This document shows positions 19,317 to 28,110 of a DNA stretch of 64,000 nucleotides, piece by piece. Position 1 is the first letter of the stretch. Each line of letters begins with the position of its first letter. Source of the stretch: an uncultured Acidobacteriota bacterium. Its GTDB lineage: Bacteria; Acidobacteriota; Vicinamibacteria; Fen-336. Where the stretch lies: contig OY970399.1 in assembly GCA_963720545.1 (NCBI GenBank), forward strand, positions 288,001 to 352,000. The letters run 5' to 3'. Below the pieces are notes generated by a model that was not told the DNA's origin, did no database searches, and saw only the letters and a list, made by a program, of their open reading frames with translations. Position numbers and translations under genes: made by a program.

Positions 19317-20966
19317 CTAGAAGAGCCCGACGACCTTGCCGTCGACGAGGTCGATCGACTCCGCAGCCGGCACCTTCGGCAGCCCCGGCATCGTCATCAC
19401 CTCGCCGCAGATCATCACCACGAACTCGGCGCCGGCCGCGAGCCGCACCTCGCGCACGTTGACGACATGCCCCGAGGGCGCGCCGCGCAGCTGCGGGTCG
19501 GTCGAGAACGAGTACTGGGTCTTGGCGACGCACACCGCGTAGCGGCCATAGCCCTGGTCCTGCAGCCGCTTGACCTGGTTGCGCACCTTGGTATCGGCGG
19601 TGATCTCCGAGGCGTGATAGACGGTCTTCGCGATCTTGCCCATCTTGGTCCACAGCGTGTCGTCGTCCTCGTAGACGAAGCGCATGGTGGACGGCTGCTC
19701 GCACAGCGAGACCACGATCTCGGCGAGTTCGGTGGCGCCCGCGCCACCGTTGGCCCAGTGCGTGGACAGCACCACCGGCACGCCCAGCGCCGCCATCCGC
19801 TGCCGTACCGCCTCGACCTCCGCCGGCGCATCGAGCGTGAAGGCGTTGATCGAGACGACGCACGGCAGCCCGTAGGCATCGCGAATGTTGGCGACGTGGC
19901 GTTCCAGGTTGACGAGGCCCTTGTGCAGCGCGGCCAGGTCTTCGCCGCCGCCGTGATGCTTCAGCGCGCGGATGGTCGCGACCAGCACCGCGGCGCTCGG
20001 CCGCAGGCCCGCCTTGCGGCACTTGATGTCGACGAACTTCTCGGCGCCGAGGTCGGCGCCGAAGCCGGCCTCGGTGACCACGTAGTCGGCGAGCTTCAGG
20101 GCGTTGCGGGTCGCGACCACCGAGTTGCAGCCGTGCGCGATGTTGGCGAACGGGCCGCCGTGCACGAATGCCGGCGTGTGCTCGAGGGTCTGCACGAGGT
20201 TCGGCGCCAGCGCGTCCTTCAGCAGCACCGCCATGGCGCCGTTGGCCTTCAGGTCGCGAGCGGTGACCGGCTGCCAGGCGCGGGTGTAGCCGACGACGAT
20301 GTTGCCGAGGCGCTCCTTGAGGTCGGCGAGCGAGGTGGCGAGGCAGAAGATCGCCATCACCTCGGAGGCCACCACGATGTCGAAGCCGTCCTCGCGCGGC
20401 GAGCCGTTGGCGCGTCCGCCGAGCCCCACCACGATGTTGCGCAGCGCGCGGTCGTTCATGTCGACGACGCGCCGCCACTGGATGTGGCCAAGGTCCACGC
20501 CGAGCGCGTTGCCGTGGTTGATGTGGTTGTCGAGCAGCGCCGCCAGCAGGTTGTTGGCGAGGCCGATGGCGTTGAAGTCGCCGGTGAAGTGCAGGTTGAT
20601 GTCTTCCATCGGCACCACCTGCGCGTAGCCACCGCCGGCAGCGCCCCCCTTCATGCCGAACACCGGGCCCAGCGAGGGCTCGCGCAGGCAGATCATCGAC
20701 TTCCTGCCGATGCGCCGCAGCGCGTCGCCGAGGCCCACCGTCGTCGTGGTCTTGCCCTCGCCCGCGGGCGTCGGCGTCACCGCGGTGACCAGCACCAGCT
20801 TGCCGTCGGGCCGGTCCTTGAACGACTCGAGATAGTCGAGTGGCACCTTCGCCTTGTAGTGGCCGTAAGGAATGAGCCGCGCCTGGTCGAGGCCCAGTTT
20901 CTCCGCGGCCACCTGGGCGATCGGCTGCAGCGTCGCGGCTTGTGCTATCTCGATGTTCGAAGTCAT
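19317..20966 (-). CDS. fhs: Formate--tetrahydrofolate ligase
   Basis: [55 protein letters not shown]; start [11 protein letters not shown]. Confidence 0.97.
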   Translation of the reverse strand: MTSNIEIAQAATLQPIAQVAAEKLGLDQARLIPYGHYKAKVPLDYLESFKDRPDGKLVLVTAVTPTPAGEGKTTTTVGLGDALRRIGRKSMICLREPSLGPVFGMKGGAAGGGYAQVVPMEDINLHFTGDFNAIGLANNLLAALLDNHINHGNALGVDLGHIQWRRVVDMNDRALRNIVVGLGGRANGSPREDGFDIVVASEVMAIFCLATSLADLKERLGNIVVGYTRAWQPVTARDLKANGAMAVLLKDALAPNLVQTLEHTPAFVHGGPFANIAHGCNSVVATRNALKLADYVVTEAGFGADLGAEKFVDIKCRKAGLRPSAAVLVATIRALKHHGGGEDLAALHKGLVNLERHVANIRDAYGLPCVVSINAFTLDAPAEVEAVRQRMAALGVPVVLSTHWANGGAGATELAEIVVSLCEQPSTMRFVYEDDDTLWTKMGKIAKTVYHASEITADTKVRNQVKRLQDQGYGRYAVCVAKTQYSFSTDPQLRGAPSGHVVNVREVRLAAGAEFVVMICGEVMTMPGLPKVPAAESIDLVDGKVVGLF

Positions 20967-22246
20967 GCGCTCTCCGGTCTGATCCTGCCTGCAGGTGTGC
21001 GGCGCGCGTTCCAGGCGTAGAGCGCGCCGATGACGATGAGCACGAGCAAGGCGCTGAACGCCAGCGAGCGGTGCACGCCGATTGCCGCCCCGAGGAGTCC
21101 GACGCTGACGCCGGCGAAGGTGCGCATGCCGAGTGATGACGTCGCGTAGAGTCCGATCACGCGGCCGCGGATGTGGCTGGGCGCGCGCAGCTGCACGATC
21201 GTCTGCGCCATCGAGTTGAAGGCGAGCTCCATGAAGCCGGTGACGAACAGCATCAGCAGCGCCAGCTGGTAGCTGCCGGCGAATGCGAAGGACGCGATCG
21301 CCGCGCACCACAAGGCACCGAGGCCGAGCGCCGTTGCCGGCGTCATCGGCAGGATGCGCCGCGCCTCGAGCACCAGCGCGCCGAGCAGCGCGCCGGCAGC
21401 GTCGGCGGCGATGAGGGCGCTGTAGGCGATGCCGGCGCGGCCGTGGCCAAGCTCGTTGGCGAACGCCGGCATCTGCGCCTGATAGGCGTTGCCGACGAAG
21501 AACGCGGCGCCGCCGCTCAGCAGGATCATCGCCATGAGCGACCGGTCGCTCGCGACTTCGCGCAGCGTCTGCACCAGGTCGCCGAGGCTCTTCATCGCCA
21601 CGCGTGCGACCGCGGGACCGACGCGGTGGCGCGGGCCATAGGGCGCCCGCCACAGCCACAGGATCGACGGCAGGTAGAAGACCGCGTTGAGGAGGATGCC
21701 CCAGGTGGGGCCGAGCGCGATCATCAGGATGCTGCCGAGCGCGGGCCCGGCGAGCAGGCCGAGGTAACGCGCGGTGGCATTGAGGCGGACTGCGCTCGGC
21801 AGCTCGTCGGCCGCGACTATGTCATAGAGAAGCACCTGGCCGACCGGCCCCCAGAAGACCCCGGCGATGCCGTGCAGGCTCAGCAGCACCACCGCGTGCC
21901 AGACGCGCAGGACATCGAAGAGGAAGAGCAGCCCCCAGATGAGCGACACCGACATGAAGATCGACATGCCGATTTGGATGAGGCGGCGCGGGTCCTTGCG
22001 GTCGGCGAGCGAACCGGTCCAGACGGAGAACAGCAGGTAGGGAAGCCAGTGCGAGATCACGGCGAAACCGCCGAGCGCCGGCGAGTGGAACTTCTGGAAC
22101 ACCACCCAGTAGCTGATCACGTGTTCGCAGCTGTCCGCCATCATCGCCAGCATGTTGGTGGTGAAGAAGGCGCGATAGCCGGGTTTGCGGAAGGCGGCGA
22201 ACGAACGCACCGGCGCGGTGGTGCTGGCCATGGGAGCTGCGGACAC
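20963..22246 (-). CDS. MFS transporter
   Basis: About 12 hydrophobic segments; [12 protein letters not shown] motif A, RGRVIG. Confidence 0.85.
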   Translation of the reverse strand: MSAAPMASTTAPVRSFAAFRKPGYRAFFTTNMLAMMADSCEHVISYWVVFQKFHSPALGGFAVISHWLPYLLFSVWTGSLADRKDPRRLIQIGMSIFMSVSLIWGLLFLFDVLRVWHAVVLLSLHGIAGVFWGPVGQVLLYDIVAADELPSAVRLNATARYLGLLAGPALGSILMIALGPTWGILLNAVFYLPSILWLWRAPYGPRHRVGPAVARVAMKSLGDLVQTLREVASDRSLMAMILLSGGAAFFVGNAYQAQMPAFANELGHGRAGIAYSALIAADAAGALLGALVLEARRILPMTPATALGLGALWCAAIASFAFAGSYQLALLMLFVTGFMELAFNSMAQTIVQLRAPSHIRGRVIGLYATSSLGMRTFAGVSVGLLGAAIGVHRSLAFSALLVLIVIGALYAWNARRTPAGRIRPESA

Positions 22247-22256
22247 GACCCTCGGT

Positions 22257-22670
22257 CTACTTCTTCGCGGCGCGCCGGCTCTGTGCCGCGGCGTTTTTGG
22301 CCACCGCTGCGCGAATCAGCGCCTTGAAGGCGGCCGCGTTCAGCACTTCACCCTCGCGAATGTCGATGGCACGGCGCGTGTTTCCTTCGAGGCTCGAGTT
22401 GAACAGCTTGCGCGGGTCGGGCAGCGAGGCCCCCTGGAAGAAGGTGAGCTTCACGACCTGCTTGTACGACTCGCCGGTGCAGATGCCGCCGTCATGCGAC
22501 CACACCGGCGTCCCCATCCATTTCCACTCTTCCCGGACCTGCGGGTCGACGGCGTGAATGAGTTCGCGAACCCGGGCGAGTGTGGTGCCGCGCCAATCGC
22601 CCAGCGACTCGATCTTCTTCGTGATGTTCTTCGCAGCGGCTGCGCCGCTCGGGCCCTTGGTCGCGGTCAT
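22257..22670 (-). CDS. DUF1801 (YdhG-like) protein
   Basis: DWRG.TLARVR, EEWKW, VKLTF..GA.L.DP..LFN.SLEGNTRRAID. Confidence 0.8.
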   Translation of the reverse strand: MTATKGPSGAAAAKNITKKIESLGDWRGTTLARVRELIHAVDPQVREEWKWMGTPVWSHDGGICTGESYKQVVKLTFFQGASLPDPRKLFNSSLEGNTRRAIDIREGEVLNAAAFKALIRAAVAKNAAAQSRRAAKK

Positions 22671-22704
22671 CGAAACGGAAGGCTAACATTTGCCGCGAAC
22701 CCTC

Positions 22705-23448
22705 ATGAAGCACGCCGGCATCCTCGCGCACAGCGCCGACGGCGCGTCGCTCTGCTTCCTCGAAATGTGCCGCGAGGGCGAGCGCGTGCTGGGCAGCCAC
22801 CAACACCCGGAGATCACGCTCAGCATCCAGCCGATGGGCGAAGCGCTACCGGCATGGGAACGCATGGACCTGGCGTTTCTCCGCGACTACCTTGCACAAA
22901 CTGCGGCGCGCCTCGCTGCGGCCGGCTGCGACTTCTTCCTGTGTCCCGACAACACCGCGCACCTGGCGCTCGAGGCAGTGGGGAAGCCGGCCCTGCCGCT
23001 GCCCGGTCTGCACATCGCCGAGCTCGTGGCCGAGCGCGCCCGCTCCGAGGGCCGCAGGCGCCTCGGCCTGCTCGGCACCAGCTGGACCATGGAGGGTCCG
23101 ACCTATCGAGACGCGTGCGCGCGGCGCGGCATCGACGTGCTCACTCCGCCGCCCGAGGAGCGCACCCTCGTCAACCGCATCATCTTCGATGAGCTGTGTC
23201 GCGGCATCCTCGCGGACGAGTCGCGCGCTGCGTATCTGCGTGTCATCGAAGGCCTGCAGCAGCGCGGCTGCGACGCGGTGGCGCTCAGCTGCACCGAGAT
23301 CCCGCTGCTGGTCACGCCGGAGGTTTCGCCGCTGCCGACCCTCGACTCGACGCGCCTGCTGGCGCGAGCAGCAGTCGCGGTGGCCGCCGGCCTCGCGCCG
23401 ATGCCCGTTTGGCGCGGCGGCCCGCTGGCTGCCCCTGCAGACGCCTAG
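22705..23448 (+). CDS. Aspartate/glutamate racemase family protein
   Basis: CPDNTAH, GLLGT.WTM, SCTEIPLL, LDST. Confidence 0.8.
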   Translation: MKHAGILAHSADGASLCFLEMCREGERVLGSHQHPEITLSIQPMGEALPAWERMDLAFLRDYLAQTAARLAAAGCDFFLCPDNTAHLALEAVGKPALPLPGLHIAELVAERARSEGRRRLGLLGTSWTMEGPTYRDACARRGIDVLTPPPEERTLVNRIIFDELCRGILADESRAAYLRVIEGLQQRGCDAVALSCTEIPLLVTPEVSPLPTLDSTRLLARAAVAVAAGLAPMPVWRGGPLAAPADA

Positions 23449-24920
23449 CGAAAAGCTGCGGCCAGCCGGCCGCGCCGGAACGCATGGCGCAGCGCGAATA
23501 CCGCAACGGCGGCGGTGAGGATCTGCGGCACCAGATTGACTACCGCAAGCAGCCGCGGACCGACGATCCGCCAGTCGATGGGGTAGTAGACGTTGAGCCC
23601 GGCCCAGACGAGGAGCACAATCGCCATGGTGCGCGGCCGCGGCTGCTGCTTCGCGGCCACCAGCGTCAGGAGCCACAGCACGGGAAAGACGCTGTAACCC
23701 TGCGGCAGGAACGGGCTGCGCAGCGTCGCGAGCGTCAGCAGCGCCAGCCAGACGAGCGGTTGGTCCTCAGCCTGCACGCGGCGGCGCGCCGCTGTCAGGA
23801 CCACGGCCACGAGCACCACCGTGTAGACCCAGCCGAGCGCCTTCGACGCGACGAAGCCCATGCCGGGCACGCCGAACAGCTTGAGCTTGAAGACGAGGCC
23901 GGGAACGGAGCCGTTGATCGCTGTCGCGGCGGGATTGCGAAACGCCGGAAACGCCTCGCCGCCAAGCAGGCCTGAGAGGTGCGACAGAAATTCTCGATAC
24001 GGCCCGATGCCGGTGTCGGCGAGGCTCGCCGCCAGGAGCACGACGCCAAAACCGGCGGTCCACGCAGCAGCCCGCCAGCGGCGGCTCGCGAGCAGGTACA
24101 GCACGAGCATCCCGGGATAGAGCTTGCTCACGGTCGCGAACGCCAGCAGCAAACCGCCGGCGGCGAACGACTGGCGCTCGAACAGCAGCATCGCGAGCAG
24201 CGCGGCCGCGATGACCACCTGCTGGACGTTGCCTTTCTGCAGCGTGTTGAGCGTGGCGATGCCGGCCCAGATGAGCGGGATCAGCAGCACCGCCCGGTTG
24301 CCCTCGGGAGGCGGCAGCGCGCGTGCCACTGTCATCATCGCCACCAGCAGTGCCGCGATCGACAACCCGAACCACAGCGCCCGCATGCCATCGAAATCTC
24401 TCGCCAGGAGCAACAGCGCCCGCGGCAGCAGCAGGAACGGTGGCGGATACTCGAACACGTCCACGTTGAACGGCCCGAGCCGCAGCGGACGACGCGGTTT
24501 CGCGGGGTCGTCGCCGGGTTCCGTGTAGAGCGAGGTGTCGTAGACGCTGCGAGCGCCGAGGTTGCCGGCCGCCACGTAGTAGGCCGTGAAGCACGAGTGG
24601 CGAACCTCCCACTCGCTGCCCGGCACCGTCGACCAGGCGCTCTGGGCGGGTGCGACCATGAACACGGCAAGGCGCGCCACCTGCCACAAGGCAACAAGCG
24701 CAGCCACCGCGCAGGTCGCTTTCAGCCAGCGCGGTTCGGCGGCGACGGTGGGACCGAGCGGCGGCCGGTTGCGAAGCAAGGCCGCGACGCCGAGCGCAGC
24801 GACACCGAAGGCAACCCACGCCAGCGTTTGCGACGCAGTGATGCCGAACGCCGCCGCGTAGCCACAGATGCCTGCGGCTCCGGCAAGGATGAGGACAACA
24901 ACCAGGTTGGCGCGGGTCAA
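23445..24920 (-). CDS. GT87/DUF2029 GT-C membrane glycosyltransferase
   Basis: FEYPP, LQKGN, KLYPG motifs, multi-TM. Confidence 0.75.
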   Translation of the reverse strand: MTRANLVVVLILAGAAGICGYAAAFGITASQTLAWVAFGVAALGVAALLRNRPPLGPTVAAEPRWLKATCAVAALVALWQVARLAVFMVAPAQSAWSTVPGSEWEVRHSCFTAYYVAAGNLGARSVYDTSLYTEPGDDPAKPRRPLRLGPFNVDVFEYPPPFLLLPRALLLLARDFDGMRALWFGLSIAALLVAMMTVARALPPPEGNRAVLLIPLIWAGIATLNTLQKGNVQQVVIAAALLAMLLFERQSFAAGGLLLAFATVSKLYPGMLVLYLLASRRWRAAAWTAGFGVVLLAASLADTGIGPYREFLSHLSGLLGGEAFPAFRNPAATAINGSVPGLVFKLKLFGVPGMGFVASKALGWVYTVVLVAVVLTAARRRVQAEDQPLVWLALLTLATLRSPFLPQGYSVFPVLWLLTLVAAKQQPRPRTMAIVLLVWAGLNVYYPIDWRIVGPRLLAVVNLVPQILTAAVAVFALRHAFRRGRLAAAFR

Positions 24921-25040
24921 GGTGGGCGAACCCTAGCAAGGCGCAGTTGGGCTAATCCGGTTAGAAACCTCAGAAAATTCTAAAACCGCCAAATTGCTGT
25001 CTTGGTCCGGCCTGCGAAGGCGTCCGCGAGCAGCCGCGGA

Positions 25041-26978
25041 CTAGAGGGCGAGCCCCATGCGCCGCAGCAGGTCTCGGAACCGCGGATCGGCGCGAAGGGA
25101 ATCGTAGACGGGATCGACTTTGAGGTTAATGAGCGTGATCGAGTGCTCGCGATACGCGTGCTCGAGCGCGGCGAAGACGCGGTCGCGGTCGTTCGTGGCG
25201 ATGTAGCCGTAGGCGAGGGCGAGGGGATCGACCGGTTGGCGCCGGCTCAGCTCCTCGAGCGCGACCAGTGCGGCCCGAGCTCCCTCAGGTCGGCCGGCTC
25301 GTCCTTCGACGTAGGCCTTCTGGGCCCACAGCCAGGGACCGTCAACGCCGTTTGTCTGCCACGCGTCGAGGAGCTTCTCGGCATCGGCGTACATGCCGTT
25401 TGCCGCGTAAGCGTAGACGATCGCCGCACCCCGGGGGAAGAGCGGCTCCATGTCGAGCACCGCGCGCAGCTGTTCGATCGAGCGTTCGTATTGCCTCTCG
25501 TAGTAAAGGATGACTCCGTTGTCCGCAGCGACGATGAGCGACAGCGGGTCGAGCTGCCGGGCTCGCTCCATCTCGCGGTGCGCGTCGTCGAAGCGCCCCG
25601 TCAGAGCCAGCAACTCCGCGAACCAGTGATGCGCGGTGGCGTAGTTGGGGTCGAGTTCGATGGCCCGCCGATACTCGCGCTCGGCGGCCGGCCAGTCCCA
25701 GTCGAAGTCCTGCGCGACGACCGCCATCGACGTGTGCGCGATCGCCAGGGAATCGTCGAGCGCGACAGCGCGCCGCGCCGCCAAGCGCGCCTTGAGCATC
25801 GAGTCCTTCGGTGGCTTGCCCGCGTAGCCGCTCATCAGCACGTAGGAGTCGGCGAGGCCGCTGTAGGCGGGCGCGTAGGTGGGATCGCTGGCGATCGCCT
25901 GGTCGAAGTGCTCGACGGCGTGTTCGAACCCGTCCCGCGTCCTCTTGTTCCAGAAGTACCGCCCGCGCAGGTAGAGATCGTGCGCACGGGACGTGCTCGC
26001 CGACAACGGGCGCGAAGACACGGACGTATCGCGCCGCGAATCGTCGAGAGTGATCTCGATCTCGCCGGCGATCGCTCGGGCGATCTCGGCCTGCAGCGCC
26101 AGCAGGTCGTTGAGCTTGCGGTCATACTGTTTCGACCAGACGTTCGTCTGGCTGGCGGTTTCGACGAGCTGCGCCGAGACGCGAACCACCTCGGCGTCGC
26201 GACGCACGCTCCCTTCCAGCACATAACGGACCCCGAGGTCATGGCCGACGCTCGAAATCTCCCGGCCGTCGCGCTTGAAACGCATCACCGATGCTCGGGC
26301 GATGACGCCCAGATGGCGGGGGTCGAAACGTCCAAGCTGGCCGATCATTTCCTCGGTCATGCCGTCGCTGAAGTAGTCCTGCGAAGCGTCTCCGGTGAGG
26401 TTCTCGAATGGCAGGACGGCGATCATCACCCGCTCGCCTTGCGGCCGCCGCGGGGCAACGGAGTGCGATCCGCCGAGACGGGCCGCCAGCGCTACGACGA
26501 CGGTTGCTACGACTGCCGCGCCGACAACCCACTTCCACATCCGCCGCTTGCCGACCGGCCTGCGCCGGCCAAACGCGGCTTCGTTCGTGTCTGGCGAGGG
26601 CGGAAGGGGAGGGACCGCGTCAGCGCCAGCGCGCGGTGACGAGTGCGCGGTGACTGCGGCAATCATCCGGTACCCGACCCTGGGCAGGGTCTCGACGTAT
26701 CTGGGTTGCGCCGCAGAGTCGTTAAGGAGGCCGCGCAGCTCCTTGACCGCCGTGTTGAGACCGTGCTCGAAGTCCACAAACGTGTCTTTCGACCACAGCA
26801 GCTCGCGCAGCTCGTCTCTCGTCACTACGTCGCCAGCTCGCGCCGCGAGCAGCTGCAGAACTTGAAACGGCTGCGGGCGCATCTTGACCCGCATGCCCTC
26901 CTTGTAAATCTGTCGCAACCTGACCCGGATTTCGTAGGGGCCAAAGCGATAGATCGAGGGAGCCAAAGCCAAGTCCAA
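25041..26978 (-). CDS. Winged-helix (CadC/OmpR-type) regulator with TM, TolB-like and TPR domains
   Basis: YRFGPY..VVTRDEL..YVETLPRVGYR; IAVLPFENL..YFSDGMTEE; YVLEGSVR; TPRs. Confidence 0.9.
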   Translation of the reverse strand: MDLALAPSIYRFGPYEIRVRLRQIYKEGMRVKMRPQPFQVLQLLAARAGDVVTRDELRELLWSKDTFVDFEHGLNTAVKELRGLLNDSAAQPRYVETLPRVGYRMIAAVTAHSSPRAGADAVPPLPPSPDTNEAAFGRRRPVGKRRMWKWVVGAAVVATVVVALAARLGGSHSVAPRRPQGERVMIAVLPFENLTGDASQDYFSDGMTEEMIGQLGRFDPRHLGVIARASVMRFKRDGREISSVGHDLGVRYVLEGSVRRDAEVVRVSAQLVETASQTNVWSKQYDRKLNDLLALQAEIARAIAGEIEITLDDSRRDTSVSSRPLSASTSRAHDLYLRGRYFWNKRTRDGFEHAVEHFDQAIASDPTYAPAYSGLADSYVLMSGYAGKPPKDSMLKARLAARRAVALDDSLAIAHTSMAVVAQDFDWDWPAAEREYRRAIELDPNYATAHHWFAELLALTGRFDDAHREMERARQLDPLSLIVAADNGVILYYERQYERSIEQLRAVLDMEPLFPRGAAIVYAYAANGMYADAEKLLDAWQTNGVDGPWLWAQKAYVEGRAGRPEGARAALVALEELSRRQPVDPLALAYGYIATNDRDRVFAALEHAYREHSITLINLKVDPVYDSLRADPRFRDLLRRMGLAL

Positions 26979-27289
26979 GCCTCAATTGGACTCTAACGCA
27001 CCCCTGGTCGGAAGATCCGCCGCGCGTCGTAAGTCGAGATCAGCCAGCAAGATGGATCTTCATCTACTTTCCACGGTTTCATCACCAGGCCGCCATTGCA
27101 CGACATTCACCGGATCCGTACCTTGCCCGTGACGAATCAAGCCAGTCGTTCGGAGTCTCTCAGTCGCTCCTGAGGACTCGCAGTTCTTGATCTGTGTTCC
27201 CTCATCCAACCTCCTCGCTCTGCGGACCGATAGGAAGCCGTCGTCCGCCGGAGACAACGCCAGTCGGCTTCCGTCACGAGGATGGTCAT

Positions 27290-27805
27290 ATGCAGATGAC
27301 ACGATCGATTTCGTTGTGCGCCGTCGTGCTCGCCGGTGCGAGCGTTGCTGCCCCGAGCGCTCAGGCCGGCATCCTGCGCGATGTGCGACAGGCCACGCGG
27401 CCGTTCCTGGACGTCGCCGAAGCGACCGCCGTCGGCTACGGTCCCTTTCTCGGCTGTGTCAGCGGCCCGGACGAAGGAGCCATGGGGATCCACTACGTGA
27501 ACGGGGCCCTGGTGGGCGACGGTGAGCTCGACGTGGCTGCGCCAGAGGCGCTTCTCTACGAACCGAGGAACGGGAATCTGACGCTGCTCGGCGTCGAATA
27601 TATCGTCGACGTCGCAGCCTGGCACGCCAACCATCCGAACCCGCCAGTGCTCGGCGGACAGGTGTTTCACTACGAGGGAAGCCCCAACCGCTACGGCCTC
27701 GCGCCGTTCTATGCACTGCACGTGTGGGCGTGGAAGAACAATCCCAAGGGACTGTTCGCGGACTGGAATCCGCGCGTGGCGTGCGCGGAGGCGTCGAACC
27801 AGTAG
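27290..27805 (+). CDS. Secreted hypothetical protein with His-containing motifs
   Basis: Signal peptide MQMTRSISLCAVVLAG..AQA; GAMGIHYVN, PEALLYEP, GVEY, LHVWAW..NP.G.FADWNP; GAGGA RBS. Confidence 0.75.
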   Translation: MQMTRSISLCAVVLAGASVAAPSAQAGILRDVRQATRPFLDVAEATAVGYGPFLGCVSGPDEGAMGIHYVNGALVGDGELDVAAPEALLYEPRNGNLTLLGVEYIVDVAAWHANHPNPPVLGGQVFHYEGSPNRYGLAPFYALHVWAWKNNPKGLFADWNPRVACAEASNQ

Positions 27806-27840
27806 AACGGCAGCGACGCGTAGCCGCGCGTCGCCCCGAA

Positions 27841-27899
27841 CCGGCGACGACGCTTTCGTCGCGGACGCCGAACTGGCGCCGAAAGCGTCGTGACGCCGG
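27841..27899. repeat. GC-rich inverted repeat (hairpin)
   Basis: CCGGCG-ACGACGCTTTCG (27841-27858) pairs with CGAAAGCGTCGT-ga-CGCCGG (27880-27899). Confidence 0.7.
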
Positions 27900-27958
27900 C
27901 TTGCCTCGCCACAGCGCAAACGATTCGCAAGAAACGGGCAAGAATTCGCGTCCGATCA

Positions 27959-27986
27959 ACGTCCGATAAGATATGTTATGTAAACA
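27959..27986 (+). other. dif: XerC/XerD dif-like recombination site
   Basis: ACGTCCGATAA-GATATG-TTATGTAAACA: 11-6-11 layout with inner ATAA/TTAT palindrome; the right arm resembles XerD arms (E. coli TTATGTTAAAT); AT-rich and intergenic. Confidence 0.8.
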
Positions 27987-28110
27987 CGCCTTGCGTGCAG
28001 AACTTCGCCGTGAGTGGCTCGCTTCAGTGCAACAGCTTGAAGACAACGCTCGTCATCAGCGCGACCCATGACCGCACGCAAGCGCGCTGCCGATTAAAAT
28101 CGTGCGCGCG

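Noticed and set aside
19317..20966. fhs as evidence of a Wood-Ljungdahl pathway
   Set aside because: No other pathway genes nearby, and fhs is widespread in C1 metabolism
6851..21659. Long N-terminal extensions in the ORF track (762, 1343, 838, 720 and 780 aa), suggesting fusions
   Set aside because: The extensions are off-frame reads of upstream genes; real starts coincide with ATGA overlaps or RBS at 8098, 11139, 16396, 17622 and 20966
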